Assembly: GCA_964016885.1 (NCBI GenBank)
Contig: OZ024742.1
Coordinates: 153,326,001 to 153,390,000, forward strand
DNA from: Eledone cirrhosa
Lineage: Eukaryota
Reading direction: 5' to 3'
Length of the DNA: 64,000 nucleotides
Each line of letters starts with the position of its first letter. Positions within the stretch are counted from its first letter, which is position 1. The notes beneath the pieces were generated by a model. The model was not told the origin of the DNA. It did no database searches and was given only the letters and a program-made list of their open reading frames with translations. Positions 26,520-42,619 of this stretch are shown piece after piece. The translations under genes and the position numbers were made by a program.

Positions 26520-29500
26520 TTAAAAAAACAACAAAAAAGAAAAACCCGTGACCAAGAAATACCGGGATGGCGCTGGCGGGGAATAGCTGTGGCTCTAGGG
26601 GAGAACGACCCCTCCAGTCTTGGTTGACACTCGTTCTAGAAGTGGTAACACGAAATGATTACCCCTTGGCGGATAAGGATAAAAAGCGACAAAATAAAGT
26701 AAATGTCTAATGATAAAATCTCATACCGGATCGGCCGTCACCCGGGTAAAAATGGGCCGCGTCCCTCAGAGAGGAACCAGACTGGGGTTCGAAAAATCAG
26801 CTAATAGTTCAAACCTTCCCATCACTTCGGAGCTGGAAACCACCCATAACCGGAATACTCCTACTGTTGGCCCTCCATGCTCACCACCAACAAATCCAAA
26901 GAAAAAGAGAGAAAAATGGTCAAGGGAAGATAATAAAGAAGTCCTTGAGGCTTTCTACACTGCCATGTACTACCCATCAAATACATCGAATACAGAACAG
27001 ACATATATCAACTGGAAAAGAAACATTCCGAAAACAGAGGCTATATTGACAGTAACAAACTAGCCAATATACGAAGAAATATTGTAAGAAAAAAGTTACT
27101 AACTGATATAGAAATTGATCAGATCAAGCTATTAGCACAAAGTCAGCGAAGGGAAAATGAAACATGTGTCAGTGAAAACGAGGTAAATTGTAACACTTAG
27201 AATCCCAGGGTTGGGCCGGAATCACTGGCAACAGAACAAATTAAAGAAAGGATCGAAAAAGTGGAGGGAGTGCATGCTCTAGATGAAACTCCAAATGAAA
27301 ATAATGAGATCGTAAATGATAAAGAAATGAATGAGAATGAACTTGCCAACTTGAAGAATGAAATTATGATCGAATGGATGAAAATGAAAGAATCTGACAT
27401 GGGAAAACGAGACACCCTAAGATCCAGAACTCCAAACAGAACCAAAAGATAATACACAAGACTAACCTAATTATCAAAAACATTATCATCACAAACAAAC
27501 TAAACATTACTGATTTAAATCATCTCCATTATGCATCGACTAAAGTCACCACTCACTTATGTGGAGTGAAGATGAAAAAACAAAGGAATTCCCACGATAA
27601 ATCTACTTGGCAAGAGAACATTAATCGCCAAATAAACCTTCTCCGATCTGACATAGAAAGTTTAACAAACTATAAAGTAGGTGAACATGTTAAACAAACT
27701 AAACTTAGAAAATTGAAAAGAAAGTATAGTATAAAATCAACAAGTGACATAGACATGCTGATAGAAATAATCAAGCAAAAAGTGTCGGCCAAAGCTGCTC
27801 GTATAAGGCGCTTTGAAAAACGATCTAGATTCTATAAGGACAATAATATGTTCAAAAACAACCAAAGAAACTTCTACAGAAAAATTGGTAAGTCAACAAT
27901 AACTGCTAAATCAATACCACCCAAGGAGGAAGTGCAAGAATTCTGGGAAAAGATCTAGGCCGAAGAAAAAGTTCATAACATACATGCCCCATGGATAGAC
28001 AGACAAATGAAAGATACAGCTCACCTTGAGGAACAAATATGGGAAAACATAACAGTTGAACAGTTGCGCTTGGCTCTAAGAAAAACCAGCAAATGGAAAT
28101 CCCCAGGAAAAGACAATAAATACAAAATTTTTGGATAAATGCCTTCACAGAGTCTCATGAGCTGTTAGCCCAACTTTACAATGAAATAGTTAAGGAGCCA
28201 GAAAAGATACCATCATGGCTAGTTAACGGCATTACATTCCTGCTTCCGAAGAATGATGAGACAAACAATCCCAAAAATTACAGACCGATAACTTGCTTGA
28301 CCACAATGTATAACATTTTAACATCAGTCCTAACTGAATACACATATGACCACCTGATAACAAATGACCTATTTCCCATTGAGCAGAAAGGGTGTAAACG
28401 AGGCTCATATGGCTGTAAGGATCAGCTTTTGGTTAACAAAATGATACTGGAAGATTGTCATAATAGACACAGAAATCTATCAATTGCTTGGATAGATTAT
28501 AAAAATGCATTCGATAGTTTGCCACACAGTTGGATTGAAAAATGTTTAGAGATTTTTAAAATGTCCCCCGTTGTCAGGAGGTTTTTGTCATTCAGTGTGA
28601 AGACATGGAAAACGACACTCCTTTTGAATAGTGAAACAAAATCACTGGAAGCTGGAGAAGTTAATATTAATTGTGGAATTTTTCAGGGTGACTCTTTATC
28701 ACCGCTTTTATTCTGCATCGCACTTATACCATTAAGTAAAATGCTCAATGAAACAAAACATGGATATAGAGTCTATGACACAACTATTAATCACTTGTTC
28801 TACATGGATGACCTGAAACTATTTGCAAAAAATGATGAACAATTGCAAGGGCTATTATCCAGTGTGGAGCAGTTCAGTGATGACATTAAAATGGAGTGTG
28901 GACTAGATAAATGCGCCAAAGCAACGTTCACCAGAGGAAAGCTGCTGAAGAGTTCAGACATTAATCTTGATCGGGGGAACGTGATAAGAGAACTTTATCA
29001 AGAAAAAATTACAAATATCTAGGTGTTTGTGAAGGAGACGGAATCAAGCACTCGACAATGAGGGAAAGGATAAGGAAGGAATGTTACCGCAGAGTAAGAG
29101 CAATCTTAAGAACGGAATTGAATGCAAGGAATAGGATCGATGCCATAAACACGCTTGCCATACCAGTAGTAACCTACAGTTATAATGTCATCAACTGGGC
29201 AAGCACAGAGATCCGTAGGCTAGATACAAAAATTCGAAAATTCTTAACCATGCACAGAATGCATCACCCTAAGGCAGATATAGATAGAATATATCTCCCT
29301 AGGAAAGAAGGAGGAGGTGGGTTAGTCCAGTTAGACATTGCGTTGAAAACTGCAACAATTGGATTATCTACATATCTAAGGGAATCACATGATTGGATGA
29401 TCAAACTCGTTTTGAAACACGAAAGCATCAAAAGATCATATTCCATTACAAAAGATGCACAAAGATACAGTAATGGAATACAAATTTCAGAAGTCCCATT

Positions 29501-30494
29501 TACTGCTGAAAGGGGAAAACACAGAAAAAGCAAAGCAGGTAAAAGTAACTGCAAAGAAAGAACTGCTACAGAAACTGGCTAAGAAATGGCAAGAAAAGCC
29601 TCTGTATGGAAAATACCCAGAACGAGCTAACAATCCTGATGTTGACAAAACTTTAACCCATCAGTGGTTGGCATCCTCTGGACTGAAATCGGAGACTGAA
29701 GGACTGATTATATCAGCACAAGATCAGTGTCTGCCAACAACAATTTACCAAGCCAACATAATAAAAAAAGGATGCAGCCCATTATGCCGTGTATGCAAAA
29801 AGCAACCAGAGACCATTGACCATATAATTTCAATGTGCAGTCCTATAGCTCCAACCGAATACCTAAACAGGCATGACAGAGCTGCACAATACATACTTTG
29901 GATAATGTGTAAGCATTTTGACCTGCCCCATCAAAAGAATTGGTGGGAGCATCAACCACCTCCCATACTTGAAAAATATCACATCTCAATCTTCTGGAAC
30001 TTTAGCATCCAAACAGACCGAAAAATAGATGCAAATAGACCTGATATAATATTGAAGGACTTTCAAATGAGGGTATGCATGCTAATTGATATGTCTGTTC
30101 CAATAGACAAGAATGTATCTATAAAAACATTTGAAAAATTGAGCAAGTATAAGGACCTGGAGATAGAAATTGGAAACATGTGGAAATTGAGAACTAAAAC
30201 AATACCAGTGGTTGTAGGCGCTCTGGGAATGATACCTAAGGGGTCTAATGACTACTTATCGCAAATCCCAGGAAACCCGCGTATAGGAGAAATACAAAAG
30301 ATAGTACTAATGGGAACTGCCCATATACTAAGGAAGATTCTGTCAACATAAGTACATCACAAGTCTAAACACTAAAGATGCATGTGTGAGTATATATGTT
30401 CTTTCTTGAACATGGCGGCCCTTGTTGTCTCTTGAGGTCACTGGTTGTGACTTGGTGATAACTCGTATGAACATAAAGCAAGATAAATGCAGCT

Positions 30495-30496
<2 letters not shown>
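26520..30496 (+). mobile_element. R4/Dong-like RLE non-LTR retrotransposon, distinct family C, near full-length
   Basis: N-terminal REKWSREDNKEVLEAFY; RT (WIDYKNAFD, QGDSLSPLLF, FYMDD); CRVCKKQPETIDHIISMC; RHD; RPDII..IDMSVP..KLSKY. Several frameshifts across 26710-30351. (TAA)n tail at 30497-30566. Confidence 0.92.
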
Positions 30497-30566
<70 letters not shown>

Positions 30567-30569
<3 letters not shown>

Positions 30570-31555
30570 GATACGCACTTGTGGGACAGAGCGTTATGGA
30601 ATCGCTCCCGTGAGTTTTTGATATTTTACATATTTAAAACAATCGTGATAGAATGATTCTTTTTACAAATGCAACATAAGATACCAGTCTTAACTCTCAG
30701 GAAGTGGTTACGCATCACATTATGGAATAGGGCTCCAATATTTAATATTTAATTTTGTATCAGAAATGTAGTCAATAAAGAAAATGGTTACGAACAACAG
30801 TCAAATAATTTCGCCAGTAACACCAACACCGCCGCCGCCACCACCATCACCACTACCACAAAAAATCTAGCCAGTCTACATCACCACCCCCTACTATCCC
30901 ATCACCACCGCCACCACTGCATCATCGCCACCACCACTATTCCCTCACTGTCTCCTGTTAAAAGAGAGGGATGGTGGTAGTGTCACTACAGAGAACAAGC
31001 GAGGAAGGCATCAAAATATATAAATAGACTGATTTAGTGACGCGGTCAAACAGCTAACAATAACAATAACAACACAAAAATAATTATTGTTGCTGTATCT
31101 CTAAACTCTAAACTGTCTCAAAATGTTTAGTTTAAATGATGTCAAATGTAAACTATAATATAATAATAATAATAAGCAACAAGTCGAAAGATTATAGAAC
31201 AGAACACAAGAAAATGGTTACGAACAACAGCCAAATAACTTCACCACCAACAGCACCACCGCCGCCACCACCATCACCACTACAACAAAGAAAATCTAGC
31301 CAGACTTTACGGCAGCAACACCATCGCTATAGTACTACTACACCATCGCCACCGCCACCACTGCATCATGGCTACCACCACTACACACATGAAAGTATAA
31401 GCGGGGAAGGCATCAAAAGATATAAATAGACTGATTTAGTGACCTCGTCAAACAGCTTACAACAACAACAACATCAAAATAATAATTATTGTTCTTGTAC
31501 CTCTAAACTCTAAACTCTCTCAAAATGTTTAGTTTAAACGATGTCAAATCTGAAC

Positions 31556-31635
<80 letters not shown>

Positions 31636-31650
31636 GCAATAAGTCGAAAG
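30567..31650 (+). repeat. Spacer with two ~430-bp tandem units (about 30782-31210 and 31212-31650), each containing a TAA tract
   Basis: Repeated AAAATGGTTACGAACAACAG, GAAGGCATCAAAA.ATATAAATAGACTGATTTAGTGAC and CTCTAAACTCTAAACT.TCTCAAAATGTTTAGTTTAAA. Confidence 0.85.
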
Positions 31651-31849
31651 AACACAGGCAAAAAACAAATTTCAAAAATTTTGAGCGGAACAACACTAGT
31701 AACCGATGTTACGAAAAATGTAAAGAAAAAAAAACAAACAAACAACAAACTAAGTCAGACATTCAAACATTACAATAACACTTAAGTTTATTTTTTAAAG
31801 TTTTTATCTATTTATTTGTTTATTTACTTATGTTTCTCTACATCGTGAT

Positions 31850-34800
31850 GGTGCCATGCTAAAATCACCGGGGGTGATGAAATCACCGGTGGTTATGTTA
31901 CCATGCATTCACCAATCCTCGATATGAGTGTTTAAATATCGAACATAAACAGTTCGAATAACTGTGAAGAGGAGACTGGAACGCAAGTGCCCCCTGTTCC
32001 AGCATCAGGGACTTGGCTGTCATCCAAATACTGCTGGTGTTGGAGGATGAAGAAGAATGAAAAGGACCAGAACCAACTGGACGAAAGAATTGAATAGAAC
32101 TGTCATGGAAAGTTACCTGAATAGTAACCCCAAGGAAAAAGGCTATAGGAAACGGATGCATAACATCTGGAACGAGATTGGACTATTTAAATTAGATGCA
32201 GCGAAATTGGCCGGGCAGGCTCGGGTAATAAGAAATAATGGATGCATAAGCGAGTTGCAACTGCAGGAACTGAGCAGAGAGATTAGGATAGAAGTGGAGA
32301 GTGGAGTATGCCAGACAAACGAGCCAGTGGGAAATGAAGGTGAAGAGGTTGAGAGAATGGAGGAAACATCCGAAGCAGACAATGATCTGAATGCTGAAAT
32401 AAATAACATCTGGAACAAAGATACGGCCATTGAGGAAATGAATGCTGACGGGCTAGGACAAGATTTGGTTGATATCCTAAACTTAGTGGTAGATGAAATG
32501 AACAGTGATAGTGGGAAACCTATGAACCTAAGATTTGTAGACAGGAAAAGTTAAAAGAAACAACGGCTAAGGTAAACAAAGTCATCCCATACCTTGAGGC
32601 GAGGAACCTTGACCAATGCAACAATATCCTCAATGCAACAGCAAATGCGGTGAGGAAATTACTTGGCATAAAAAAACGAGAGTAAACAACAAACAACAAA
32701 GATCGGAACCTTAGTGGAAGAAACCACTGAGTGGTCAAATCTAGGAAATGAGAAATGACATTGGAAAGCTTGAGCTTCTACTGAATGGGACACTACAAAA
32801 CATAGACACTAAAAATAGACTGGAAATAAAGTACAAAACTAGGAGGAAAAAGCTAAACATCATCATAGAGGAACTGAAGCAGCACATTGTAACAAAGAGT
32901 GCAAAGATTAGGCGGTATGAGAGCAGAGTCAGTCAGTATAGACAGAACCGCATGTTCGACAACAACCAGAAGATGTTGTTTGGACAGCTTGAGGGGAAAG
33001 AAAGAGGCAACGACTTGATCACTGAGGCGGAACAGACTAAGACATGCTGGGGGAGAATATGGGAGCAAGATGTTAAACATAATGATCAGGCAGTTTGGAT
33101 TGAAACAGTACAAAAGGAGATTAGTGAACAATCACACCAACAAACCGATATGAGTATCACAGTTGAAACTCTTAAAGGGGCAGGCCAAAAAACTAACCAA
33201 CTGGAAATCACCAGGACCAGATGGTGTGCAGGGGTATTGGATCAAACATATAACATCCCTCCACCCGAAACTGACAACCATGTTCAATGACTGCTTAATA
33301 TAGGGTGACGTACCAGAGTGGTTGACAAAAAGTACCACAGTTCTGGTAATGAAAGGCCGAATCAAGGGTAATGATGTTACCAACTATAGACGTATCACAT
33401 GTCTTTCCGTAATGTGGAAACTGTTAAAAAGCAATGAGTCCGAGGAAATCTACCATCACCTCCACACAAACAACTTGTTCCCGGACGAACAGAAAGAATG
33501 CCGAAAGAAGTCTCGTGGTACAAAAGACCAGTTACTTTTTGATAAAATGGTAATGAGGAATTGCAAGAGGAAACACACTGGTCTTGCCATGGGATGGATA
33601 GATTACAAACAGGCATTCGACTTGGTACCTCATTCGTGGATAACCAAAAGCCTAGAGATCTTCAAGGTTGCAGATAACATCAGACAGTTGTTGAGCAAGA
33701 GTATGAAGTCCTGGGAAACAGAGTTAACATCGGGCGGAGAATCCTTGGGAGGCGTGAAGATCAAGATAGGTATCTTCCAGGGAGATAGTTTGTCCCCTCT
33801 GTTGTTTGTCCTTGCCCTGATACCCCTGACCATTATATGGCGAAAAGTGAAAGCAGGATACAAGTTGGGAAAAGGGGAGCTTATAATCAATCACCGCCTA
33901 TTTATGGACAATCTTAAACTCTTTGGGAAGAGTGAGAAGGGGCTGTAAGTACTTGTTGACACTGTCCGTATTTTCAGCATTGATATATGTATGCAATTTT
34001 GTATTAATAAGTGTGGAGTCATTGTCATGAAGAGGGGGAAATTGAGCAGAAGTAACGGAATCCAGGTACCAACAGGTGAGATGATAAAGGACATTGACAC
34101 TGAAGAAGGACACAAATGACCTGAAGAACAAAAAAGAAGGAATTGATAAGATCTGAGTACATTAGGAAGGAGCGTATTAAAATCACATCTAAATAGCAGG
34201 AATGTCATAAGTGTAGTGAACTCCCGAGCTGTGCTATTATTAGGTACAGTGCGGGAATTCTGAAATAGAATGTTGCTGAACAAAAAGAAATGGATAGGAA
34301 GACTAGGAGGCTATTGACTATCTACAATATGTTCCACAAGAGGAGTGATGTCAATAGATTCTACTTAAAGAGATCTGAAGGTGGAATAGATCTTATCAGC
34401 ATAGAGGACTGTGTTCCGATGGAGAATAACAACCTGAACAAAGACGTGACTGACAGTAGGGAGCCAATGCTCAGAATTGTACTGAAGTAGAGGACAATAG
34501 ACCAGGGGATGTCTAGGGAGGAAATAACAGCAAGGCGGAAGAACAACCTTCATGAAAAATCCCTTCATAGTACCTTCTTTGAGAAAACTGAATTCAGAGA
34601 TCCACAGACATGGAACTGGTTAAAACGTGGAGACCTTAAAAAGGCTACAGAAGGAATGCAAATGGCTGCGCAAGAGCAGACCCTCTGAACGAAGTGGATG
34701 AAACATATTTACAAGGAGGAGGCTCGCCCACTGTGTAGGATCTGTGGAGAGAGAGAGGAGACTGTGGCTCACATTGTATCCGAGTGTAAAGACCTAGACC

Positions 34801-35382
34801 AGACTCACTCTAAAGGCTGCAGGCATGATATGATGGGCAGGGTGATCCACTGGCACCTATGCAAAGTAAACAATTTACCACATTCTGAGAAGTGGTATGA
34901 GCATAAGCCAGAGTCGGTGTTAGAAAACGATCAGGTGAAAGTGCTGTGGGATTTTAGGATACAGACTGACAAGAAACTGGAACACAATAGACCTTACCTG
35001 GTGGTTTTGGACAAGGAAAAAAGATCAAGCCTGATTGTAGATCTAGCCTGCCCTTTCGTCACGAGAGTGCAAGAAAAGGAGAGGGAGAACATTAACCGAT
35101 ACCAGGACTTAAAATGGGAGGTAAAAAGGATTTGGAACTGCCAAGATGTCAAAGTGGTCCCGAATGTCTTTGGCGCACTAGGTACTATCTCAAAGAGTTT
35201 CCAAGGATGGTTAAAGAAAATTAGTCCAGCCCCGCTTTTTGGAACACTTCAAAAGGCATGCTTGCTGGGAACAGCAAGAACCCTTCGATACGTCCTGAAT
35301 ATCTGAGGCTGCAGGTATTGGCTTGATATTCATTTCAACAAACTTTCCAGTTAAATAACATTAATGACTGAGACTCAAAGAA
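31850..35382 (+). mobile_element. R4/Dong-like family A copy 2 (longer, heavily decayed)
   Basis: Collinear with A1 from about 33030 onward, with many stops. Extra N-terminal region (NWTKELNRTVMESYLNSNPKEKGYRKRM). The 5' boundary is approximate. Confidence 0.9.
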
Positions 35383-35383
35383 C

Positions 35384-35428
<45 letters not shown>
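35383..35428. repeat. (TAA)n junction shared by the 3' ends of A2 and B2
   Basis: Direct inspection. Confidence 0.95.
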
Positions 35429-35429
<1 letters not shown>

Positions 35430-38400
35430 CTTTCTTTATTAACCACAAGGGTTTACATAAAGTAGACATTAAGGACAGTACAAGATATAAAGGACGGTAC
35501 AAATGGGTATTTCTGCGTGTAAAAAATAAAAACAGAGTATGTAACAAAAAAAATAACAATGAAAAATTCCCCAATAGGGGGGAGATTTCCGAGGGACCTT
35601 TGTGGAGAAAGCCCATTAAAAGGCCACAGTGACCCTGACCACCAGGGCAAGCGCCGTCTCCCAGTTTTCCAACTTTAATTTACAGACACATACTCAGGGT
35701 AGGCCCATTCACTCGAGCCATTCTTGCTTCTCTCACCCATCTTTCAAGAAAATGCTGGGAAGAGAACACTTCCCTCTCTACCGTGATTTTCCTTTTCAAA
35801 TGAAATTTGAAAAAGTTAATCGGGGCATCACCGAAGAGGTAAGTGCTCGTCTTCAGCCCTTTCAAACGTGTCCACCATACTATCTCTTTTGCCATGGCCA
35901 CCAGACAGATAAAAACTGTCTGCCCTTCTCGGCTAAAGTAAGAGGGCGGGGCAATCCTCACGATGGACTCAGCTGATAGCCGGATCCGTCCTGCACGTGA
36001 CAGCAGGTGTTCGACATAAACCCACAAGTCAGCAATGCTCGGACACTGGACGAGTGCGTGCAGGACGGTTTCGTCGCCCTGCGCGCATCTCGGACATGCC
36101 CGGCTGACAGCACCTCCATGCCTGTAGAGTTTATCCCTAACTGTCAAATCTCTTCGGTAGCACTGCCTGGCCAGGGATTTCGGGAAGTTGTCCATAAGCC
36201 CCGGCCCGAAAGTTCTTCCGAAAACATTAGCTAGTTGATTTTCATCAGCGCCTAGAGTTTCCGCAAGTACGTCGTCGCTCTCCCCCTCCACTAATCCTCT
36301 ATAGAACGCCGAGGTGGAGTTTCCACCGATCACATTGCCCGATTGATCGAGGGTTGTGAGAGCCTGAAAACATTCCATTCTCAAAGTGCTCCCTCTCGGC
36401 CTTCGCTTGACCCAGGACTGCAAGTCCGTCAAGGAGACGAGCTGGGGAAATAAGCGTCTGGGGAAATAAGCGACCACACCTGATCACCGTCGAGGAAGAG
36501 GTGGAGATGTCGTAGCTAGAGCGCCTGTCTGCGCATCATTAGCCACGGCATGCCCAGCCTTCCACGTAGCGGGTGTTGACAGCAGATGAACCTCCTGACC
36601 ATCGGAGCGCGTCGCTTCCACGAAAAGCGAATGAGCAAACGCTACAGCGCAGTCAGGCGGGGCTTAGGACACGGCACGAACTGTCAGGCGGTAGTAGATG
36701 ACGGACGCGATGTAAGCGTTAGCCACCTCCGCTCGACCTTACAGGGATAGCTTCCTCTCCGCCCATTTCTGGGTGAGAGAAGCCACTCAGCTCGTCACCT
36801 CGTCCCAGGTTTTGTCCGTCTGGAGGTCCGGACCGAACCAGACCCCTAGCAATTTAACCGGTCCGTCCGCCAAGCGCTCGACGACGATGTTGGACGGCAT
36901 GGACCTGCCTCTCCAAGTGCCGAGCTGCAGGCCCACATACTTTTCCTGGTTGATCATTGCTCCAGTCACCGCTTCGTATTCTCATAGTGTAGTGCCGATG
37001 GCCTCGATGTGTTTGGCGTTCCCCACCACTATGGTGACATCGTCCGCATATGCTGACACGTTTCTTCCGCATCCTAGTTGGCGCGAGATACCCCTCAATA
37101 TCTCCAGTTTGTGAAGTAATGGCTCGAGAGTCAATACGTTAAATAGTGACGAGAGGGGACATTCTTTGCGGTCCGAACATATGATGTTGAACGGTTCCGA
37201 AAGGTGACCGTTCACTCTCACCACAAAGCAGATGTCGCTGTGCATCGCAGCGATCCAGCCTCTGAAGACGGGCCCAAAGCCAGCCGACTTCAGGGCTACC
37301 GCTAGATAACATGGTCGACCCTATCGAAAGCTTTCGACTGATCTAAATTTATCAAGGACACTCCCGCGACAGGTTCCCTAGCTACCCTCTCTACGATGTT
37401 TCGCATGAGGTGGAGGTTCTCATTGATGGATCTGTCGGGAATGGCGCATGTCTGTGCCTATCCCACCAGACCACCAACGACAAGTACCAACATCTTTGGT
37501 AGCACCTTGGCCAAAATCTTGAACTCTGTGTTTAGCAGATTTATGGGCTTGAAATTATCTGTTATTCCCCTTGTTCGGATCCTTTCTCAGCAGCGCCACA
37601 GCTCCTCGGCTCACAGAGCTCGGATTCTCCCGTTCTGTTGCCAGTTGCAGTAGACGTCCGCCAAGAGGCCTCCGAACAAGTCTGGCATCTGTACGTAAAG
37701 TTCATAGGGCAGATCATCCAAACCAGGCGATTTACTTGTGCAGCCAGACATTCCCTTCCGTACTATAGCGTCTGTTATCGGGTTTTCGCAACACTCCGCC
37801 TCAGTGGCCGAGAGCCGCAGCAGTCCGTCGAGGTAGACACTAAAGTCCATCCCTCGATCCGTCCCACGAACAGCTGAGCAAATTGTCGCTGAAAAGCATC
37901 ACACAGTTTCCTTGGATCGTGTAGCATGCGCCCGTTATGGTCCACTAAAGTCCGGATCGTGGCTTTGTTGCCACGACGCTCCTCCGTCATTCGGGCCCAT
38001 TGAACGGCTTTCGTCCATTCGTGTCTGAGAGCACGAACCCTAGCTCTGACAATGCAGCCATCGTGCTTTGCATTGAAGAATTGGTGAAGGGCCAATTTTG
38101 CCGCAAGTACCTCCGTCGCGTTGCCTTTGCGAAGCGCCTCGTCTAATTTTCTAACTAGTTCTTCCTCTGCTCTATTTTTCTCTTTAGCTAAAGCCATACT
38201 AAACCTAAAGGACTCTATTCTAATCGCTCTTTTCAGAGCAAACCCCCATTTGTTGTTGACGATGTCCCCGTCAACGCTCGCTTAACTTGTTCGCTAATCC
38301 GGTCTCTGTAGGCCTTGCGCGCTGGTAAGGACGCGTTTAGCTTCCAGTAGCCGGGTCCTCGTCTATGAAGCCTATCTAAGTCAAGCGCACAGATCACGAA

Positions 38401-40873
38401 TTTGTGGTCCATGTAGTTGACTATCTTGAATTGTGGACAGCCTATGCTCGACCTATCTATTTCCCTACAACATACTCTATCTAGATATGATCTGGATGAA
38501 CCTATGCGGTTTGTCCAAGTCCATATTTGCACATTCTGGAAATCCAATCGGTACCTGTCAGACAGATCAAAAGGCCTGAGCAGTTTGGTGAGGCTCTTGC
38601 ACCCTCCTCCCTTATCCGCCAATCCCACACAGACCCAGCGTGCATCTAAGATCCCGTTCCAGTCGCCCACTAACACTAAAGAGTGGGACGTTCCTAGATA
38701 GGTCTCCAGACGCCGGCAGAAATCAGACTGCTCTTCTCCTGTCGGGGCATAGACGGTCACTAGCCTGAAAGCTTGCCCGTCTCCACTGGTCACGTCCAGC
38801 ACTACATACTTACCTTCTGGGTCCAAGATGGCCCGTATAGCGAGATCCAGACCTTTCCGAAAAAGCACAGCAACTCCTCCCCTCGATCCAGGACGGCTGG
38901 GAGATGCGTACACATCGTAGCCGCCGAAGATCCGTGCGAAGCCCCGTGCTTCGGAGATTCTGGTCACGCTGATGGCCACTACATCTATGTTTAGTGACCT
39001 GAGGTCGTTGAGAAGGTGGCCCTGCTTCCATGACGACTCCAAGCCACGCGCATGTATGCTGCATATTCTGAATGAGGTCATGTTGGAATGGAGTGGAAAA
39101 GATGGAGAAACCTCTTACCTTACTTCTCGTAGAGGAAGGATGGTTTCTCCATCCCTTTCCACTTGATCATCTGATGAAGGGAACGATGATTAGTCCCTTC
39201 GTCTGGTCGTCGGCTCTTCTCTTAGTATATCCGAATATACTCTCCGGTTGAGAGACCCTCCTAGGTCTCTGAAATCACCAACTGCGTTGGGGAATTTTAT
39301 TTTAATGTTTGTGTAGTGTTTCTGTGCTATTCTTACCAGTCTTTTGTTCGTTGGTGTTTTGATTGGTGCTGGTATTATGTAGACGTGCTGTGAAATGCCT
39401 GTGTGTTCAATTATGTAAGTCATTAGTTTCTTGTTGTGCGAATTTATTGCTGTGCATTTCTTTTTCTGGGGGCGGCGTGTGGTTCTGCTATTTTCTTGTC
39501 GTTGTTGCTGGGTGTGTGTGTTTTGTTGTTCTGTTTGCGATGTTGGTGCTTGTGGTGGTGGTGTTGAAGGTGTTGTTGTTGTTGGCGGTGGGGTTGCCGT
39601 CGGTGGTGATGGTGGGGCTACTGTGGGTGGTGATGGTGTCGGTGGTGTTGCTGCTGTAAATCTCTTAGCAGTAGCCTTTACCCTTTTTTCATTTCTTCCC
39701 TCCCTTTTCGAAGGCGACGATGCGCTGCTTCTACGTTTGTGTCTTCTTGCGACCTTTTGCCATCGCTCTCCCACCTCACACTCCATGTCGGATTCTGTGA
39801 GGTCGGGGACGGGTACCAGCTCCACTCTTTCACTTGTTCTTGTTGGTGATGGGTGCAGTGGAGTTTCTGTTGCAGTTGCAGTTGGTATTACTCTTCTTGC
39901 TGTTAATACTTCCACTGCTGCTGCTGTTCTTGATTTCCGTGGCGTGGGTATGGGTGTCACGGACCTATCCTTCCCGCTTGCCGCCTGTTCTGTTGCTGGT
40001 AGCAGTGGAGCCGGTTTCGGAAGGAGGGGAGTTTTCTCCTTTCTCAGGATCTGCTCATCGCAGAAGGCCCTGAGGTGAGTCTTCGACCCACAGCGAAAGC
40101 ATTTCGGTCGTTTGCCCGTAACACTTATGGGCAGTTGAATGCCGTTATCGAAGTCTATCACATCCGGGATAGCTGCGATGCAATCCTGGTTGGTTTGAAT
40201 AAACATCTCAATGGAGGTGCCTACCCAATCTTCCGTACTTTTTTCTGTACTTGCATTTCAGTTGTTTTGTCCTCGATTGCGACGAGGACAGACTCGGCCA
40301 GCCAAGAAGGGGCCATCACTTAGGGGGGGGGGCGTGGTTCAGTTTGACTATCACAATTTTTTGCCCGCAGTAGGAGGGCACCAACACCATTTCCTCGCTC
40401 CATAGGGTCACTAAAGATTGAGCCTTTGCATCCCAGGGTGTGGAAAAAGCACGTCCACGGTGGCATATTTCTGGCCTTGGGTGATATGCGTTTTCCGCTG
40501 CCACACAGACCCTAAGGCTTTTTGTATGTGAGCCTCTGTGGATCTTTCAACCCTACGTGATGTTGTGCTTACTGTACGGTACGTGACCGTACACTGCTGT
40601 TGGGTTTCGAAAAATGTTTCGGCTGCCTTGCAGATTGCTCGGTGTCCGGTTTTCATCACCATCTTCTTTACTTCCTGTAATTCCTCATTTGTTATGAGGA
40701 TGGTTTCCAGGTTCGTTGCGATACCTGCAAACGAGATGTTTTTTCTTTCTTGTTGTTGTTGATGTTGTTGTCGTCAGAGCTTCTGTTACTTTTGTTGTTG
40801 CTGCTGGTACTACGACCGCCGCTGCCGCTGTTGCCGTGGTTGTTGTTGTCGTTGTTGCTGCTGTTGTTGTTGT

Positions 40874-40905
<32 letters not shown>

Positions 40906-41334
40906 TTTATGCTGCTGTGATGCTGTTGCGGCTGCTTCTAGTGTTTTCCTTGTCACTGTTGCTGCTGCTGCTGTTATTACGGCTGCAGCTGCTACTCTTC
41001 ATGACGTCAGACGAATGAAATGGCTTTCTGTATTTACCGCACACATTATTCGTCATTGTCGTCGTCGTGGGGATATGGTCCACGGAATGCACGTTCTCTT
41101 AGTGAAAGCTACCAGAAACTTATATTTTTCTTTTTCTTTAATGGCGTCGCTTGCGAAAGAGGCGACACCACATTTAGAGAAGGGAGGGAGAAAGACAATC
41201 TTCTCTCTGCTGTAGTGATGATTGAGGAAGAAGACGGAATGAGTGGGAGTGACTTGTGAAAATGCTTTTTTGTAGCCATGTATTTGTTATGGTTTAAAAT
41301 GAATATTGGGCACACAACCCCAATAAGCGGTTAT

Positions 41335-41337
<3 letters not shown>
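35429..41337 (-). mobile_element. Tx1/L1-clade family B copy 2 (heavily decayed; 5' UTR interrupted at ~41337)
   Basis: Collinear with B1: ORF2 remnant 35680-39081, ORF1 remnant ~39115-41279. Similarity to B1 stops after GTTATTTAA. Confidence 0.92.
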
Positions 41338-42433
<1,096 letters not shown>

Positions 42434-42463
42434 ATAATAATAATTATATATATATAATAATTA

Positions 42464-42509
<46 letters not shown>

Positions 42510-42619
42510 TGTTGCGAGGATTTTGATATGAAGTCGTGTGGCGAAACACATATTGTTATACTTGAGGAGGGTCATATTGTTGTAATGATATTGCCAGGAA
42601 TAATAACACAACTCACTCA

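Noticed and set aside
26545-26700. Possible HDV-like ribozyme in the 5' leader of R4/Dong family C
   Set aside because: Plausible for this clade, but I could not build the nested double pseudoknot by eye; it needs a descriptor search.
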